Made by a program: the position numbers and the translations under genes
Part shown: positions 55,797 through 57,063 of the stretch, one piece after another
Position numbering within the stretch: the first letter of the stretch is position 1
How the letters are laid out: each line of letters starts with the position of its first letter
Notes under the pieces: model-generated
What the model saw: only the letters and a program-made list of their open reading frames with translations
Database searches by the model: none
Told to the model about the DNA's origin: nothing
Assembly (NCBI GenBank): GCA_943327105.2
Contig: CALPVV020000002.1
Coordinates: 1 to 57,063 of the forward strand
DNA length: 57,063 nt
Origin: Nitrosovibrio sp. Nv4
GTDB taxonomy: Bacteria; Bdellovibrionota; UBA1018; CAIMNF01
Direction: 5' to 3'

Positions 55797-56795
55797 ATGA
55801 AGCTACTGACAATTCTGTCGATACTCGTTTCGGTTAACGCCACAGCAAAAGATCTGATCATCAAGTTCGGTACCATTGCTCCTGCCGATACCCCGTGGTC
55901 GAAATCACTGGAAGAGATCAAAGAGAGGGTTGCAAAAGAAAGCAGCAACCAGATCAAGATCAAGGTGTTTCTTGGTGGTCAATTGGGTGGTGAACTTGAA
56001 ATTCTACAGAAAATACGTCGTGGAAATATCGAGGGTGGGGGCTTGACTTGTGCTGCTATGGCAAGTGTCGTTCCAGAACTTGATTTGCTCGAAGTTCCTT
56101 ATCTGTTTGAGAGTTCCGAAGAAGCTGACTTTGTATTGGACAATTATTTACTTGCGCCATTTACCAAGTTATTTGCTGAAAAGGGTTTTGTATTTGTTAC
56201 TTGGGCTGAAAACGGCTGGAGAAGCATAGGGCATAAGTCCAAATTCATCAAATCGCCTTCTGATCTCAAGGCTGTGAAGATACGTTCACAGGAATCAAAA
56301 GTTCATTTGGCTTTCTGGAAGAAGATGCAGGCGGCATCGGTTGCAATTGCAATTCCTGAAGTTCTACCGGCACTTCAAACCGGTGTTGTTGAGGCTTTTG
56401 ACAATACTCCTTTGTTTACCTTGGCGGCTGAATGGCAAACAGCCATCAAATACTACTCGGTTACCAACCATATTTATCAACCCGGAGTCATTCTCTATTC
56501 AAAAAAATTCTGGGATAAATTGACCGATAACGAAAGAAAAGCACTCATGGGGCCGGGGAATTCCCAAGCTCTTGGTGCACGTGCGAATGTGCGTAAACTC
56601 GGTGATAGTCTGATTGATACTCTGAAAGAAACCGGTGTGAATGTTTATCAGTTAAGCAAATCTGAAAAAGACAACTTCATCAAGGCTTCAACGGGGCTTG
56701 CAGAGCAATCGGTTAAGGAAATTGGTGGGGAAGCGTCTAAAATCTATGCGCTCATTCAAGAGGGTAAAAAAGCGTTCAAGGCGAAGAAAAAATGA
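55797..56795 (+). CDS. TRAP transporter substrate-binding protein (DctP family)
   Basis: Signal peptide. KFGTIAPADTPWSK, QLGGELE and VPYLF are typical DctP-family segments. Confidence 0.88.
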   Translation: MKLLTILSILVSVNATAKDLIIKFGTIAPADTPWSKSLEEIKERVAKESSNQIKIKVFLGGQLGGELEILQKIRRGNIEGGGLTCAAMASVVPELDLLEVPYLFESSEEADFVLDNYLLAPFTKLFAEKGFVFVTWAENGWRSIGHKSKFIKSPSDLKAVKIRSQESKVHLAFWKKMQAASVAIAIPEVLPALQTGVVEAFDNTPLFTLAAEWQTAIKYYSVTNHIYQPGVILYSKKFWDKLTDNERKALMGPGNSQALGARANVRKLGDSLIDTLKETGVNVYQLSKSEKDNFIKASTGLAEQSVKEIGGEASKIYALIQEGKKAFKAKKK

Positions 56796-57063
56796 ATCAC
56801 TTTTTGAATGTTCTTACACGCATTGAAAAGTTCATCGCATCAATCCTGATTTTCGTACTGACCGTTTTTGTAGTGATGGATGTGGGTGCACGCGAACTCT
56901 ATCAGACAGGCATTCCTTGGGCCCAAAAGGGAGCCGTCTATATGATGATCTGGGCCGGATTTTTGGGAGCGATTTTAGTCACTCACAAAGTAGAGCACTT
57001 GCGTCCTGAAATTGCTGATAAATTTTGGACTGGCCGATTCAAATCTTTTTATCTGCGTTTTCA
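56792..57063 (+). CDS. TRAP transporter small permease (DctQ-like), 3' end outside the window
   Basis: Not in the ORF track because it has no stop. ATGA-coupled to dctP. My translation is MNHFLNVLTRIEKFIASILIFVLTVFVVMDVGARELYQTGIPWAQKGAVYMMIWAGFLGAILVTHKVEHLRPEI..., a typical DctQ N-terminus. Confidence 0.75.
   Translation, partial: MNHFLNVLTRIEKFIASILIFVLTVFVVMDVGARELYQTGIPWAQKGAVYMMIWAGFLGAILVTHKVEHLRPEIADKFWTGRFKSFYLRF

Overview
This is a gene-dense chromosomal segment of a Gram-negative bacterium, shown by LptB, a TolC/RND pump and lipobox lipoproteins. The many signal-peptide ORFs and the gene content resemble Bdellovibrio-like predators, but that taxonomic call is inference only. Housekeeping content I can support: mpl, pyk, an rsmB-like methyltransferase, tRNA-Pro(UGG), lptB-rpoN, the rpsU-yqeY-dnaG-rpoD macromolecular-synthesis operon, alkB, oxyR, a DASH-type cryptochrome, mntP and ychJ. 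The window also holds an HDOD/histidine kinase/NtrC-type operon, a TolC-RND pair, a TatT-type TRAP transporter, and kynA-kynU lying directly behind rpoN. I saw no CRISPR array, IS element, integrase, prophage or recognisable defence or toxin-antitoxin module. The candidates for something undescribed are modest. (1) An SdpA/SdpB-like (HTTM) membrane pair is divergently paired with a CPFC glutaredoxin-like gene. (2) A secreted three-gene cluster is led by a papain-fold peptidase with a very large insertion. (3) A structured, terminator-containing leader precedes the HDOD two-component operon. (4) A gamma-glutamylation-type amine or amino-alcohol catabolic operon runs straight into cry-DASH, oxyR and DUF2071. 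All functional calls come from motif recognition by eye, because no database search was possible.
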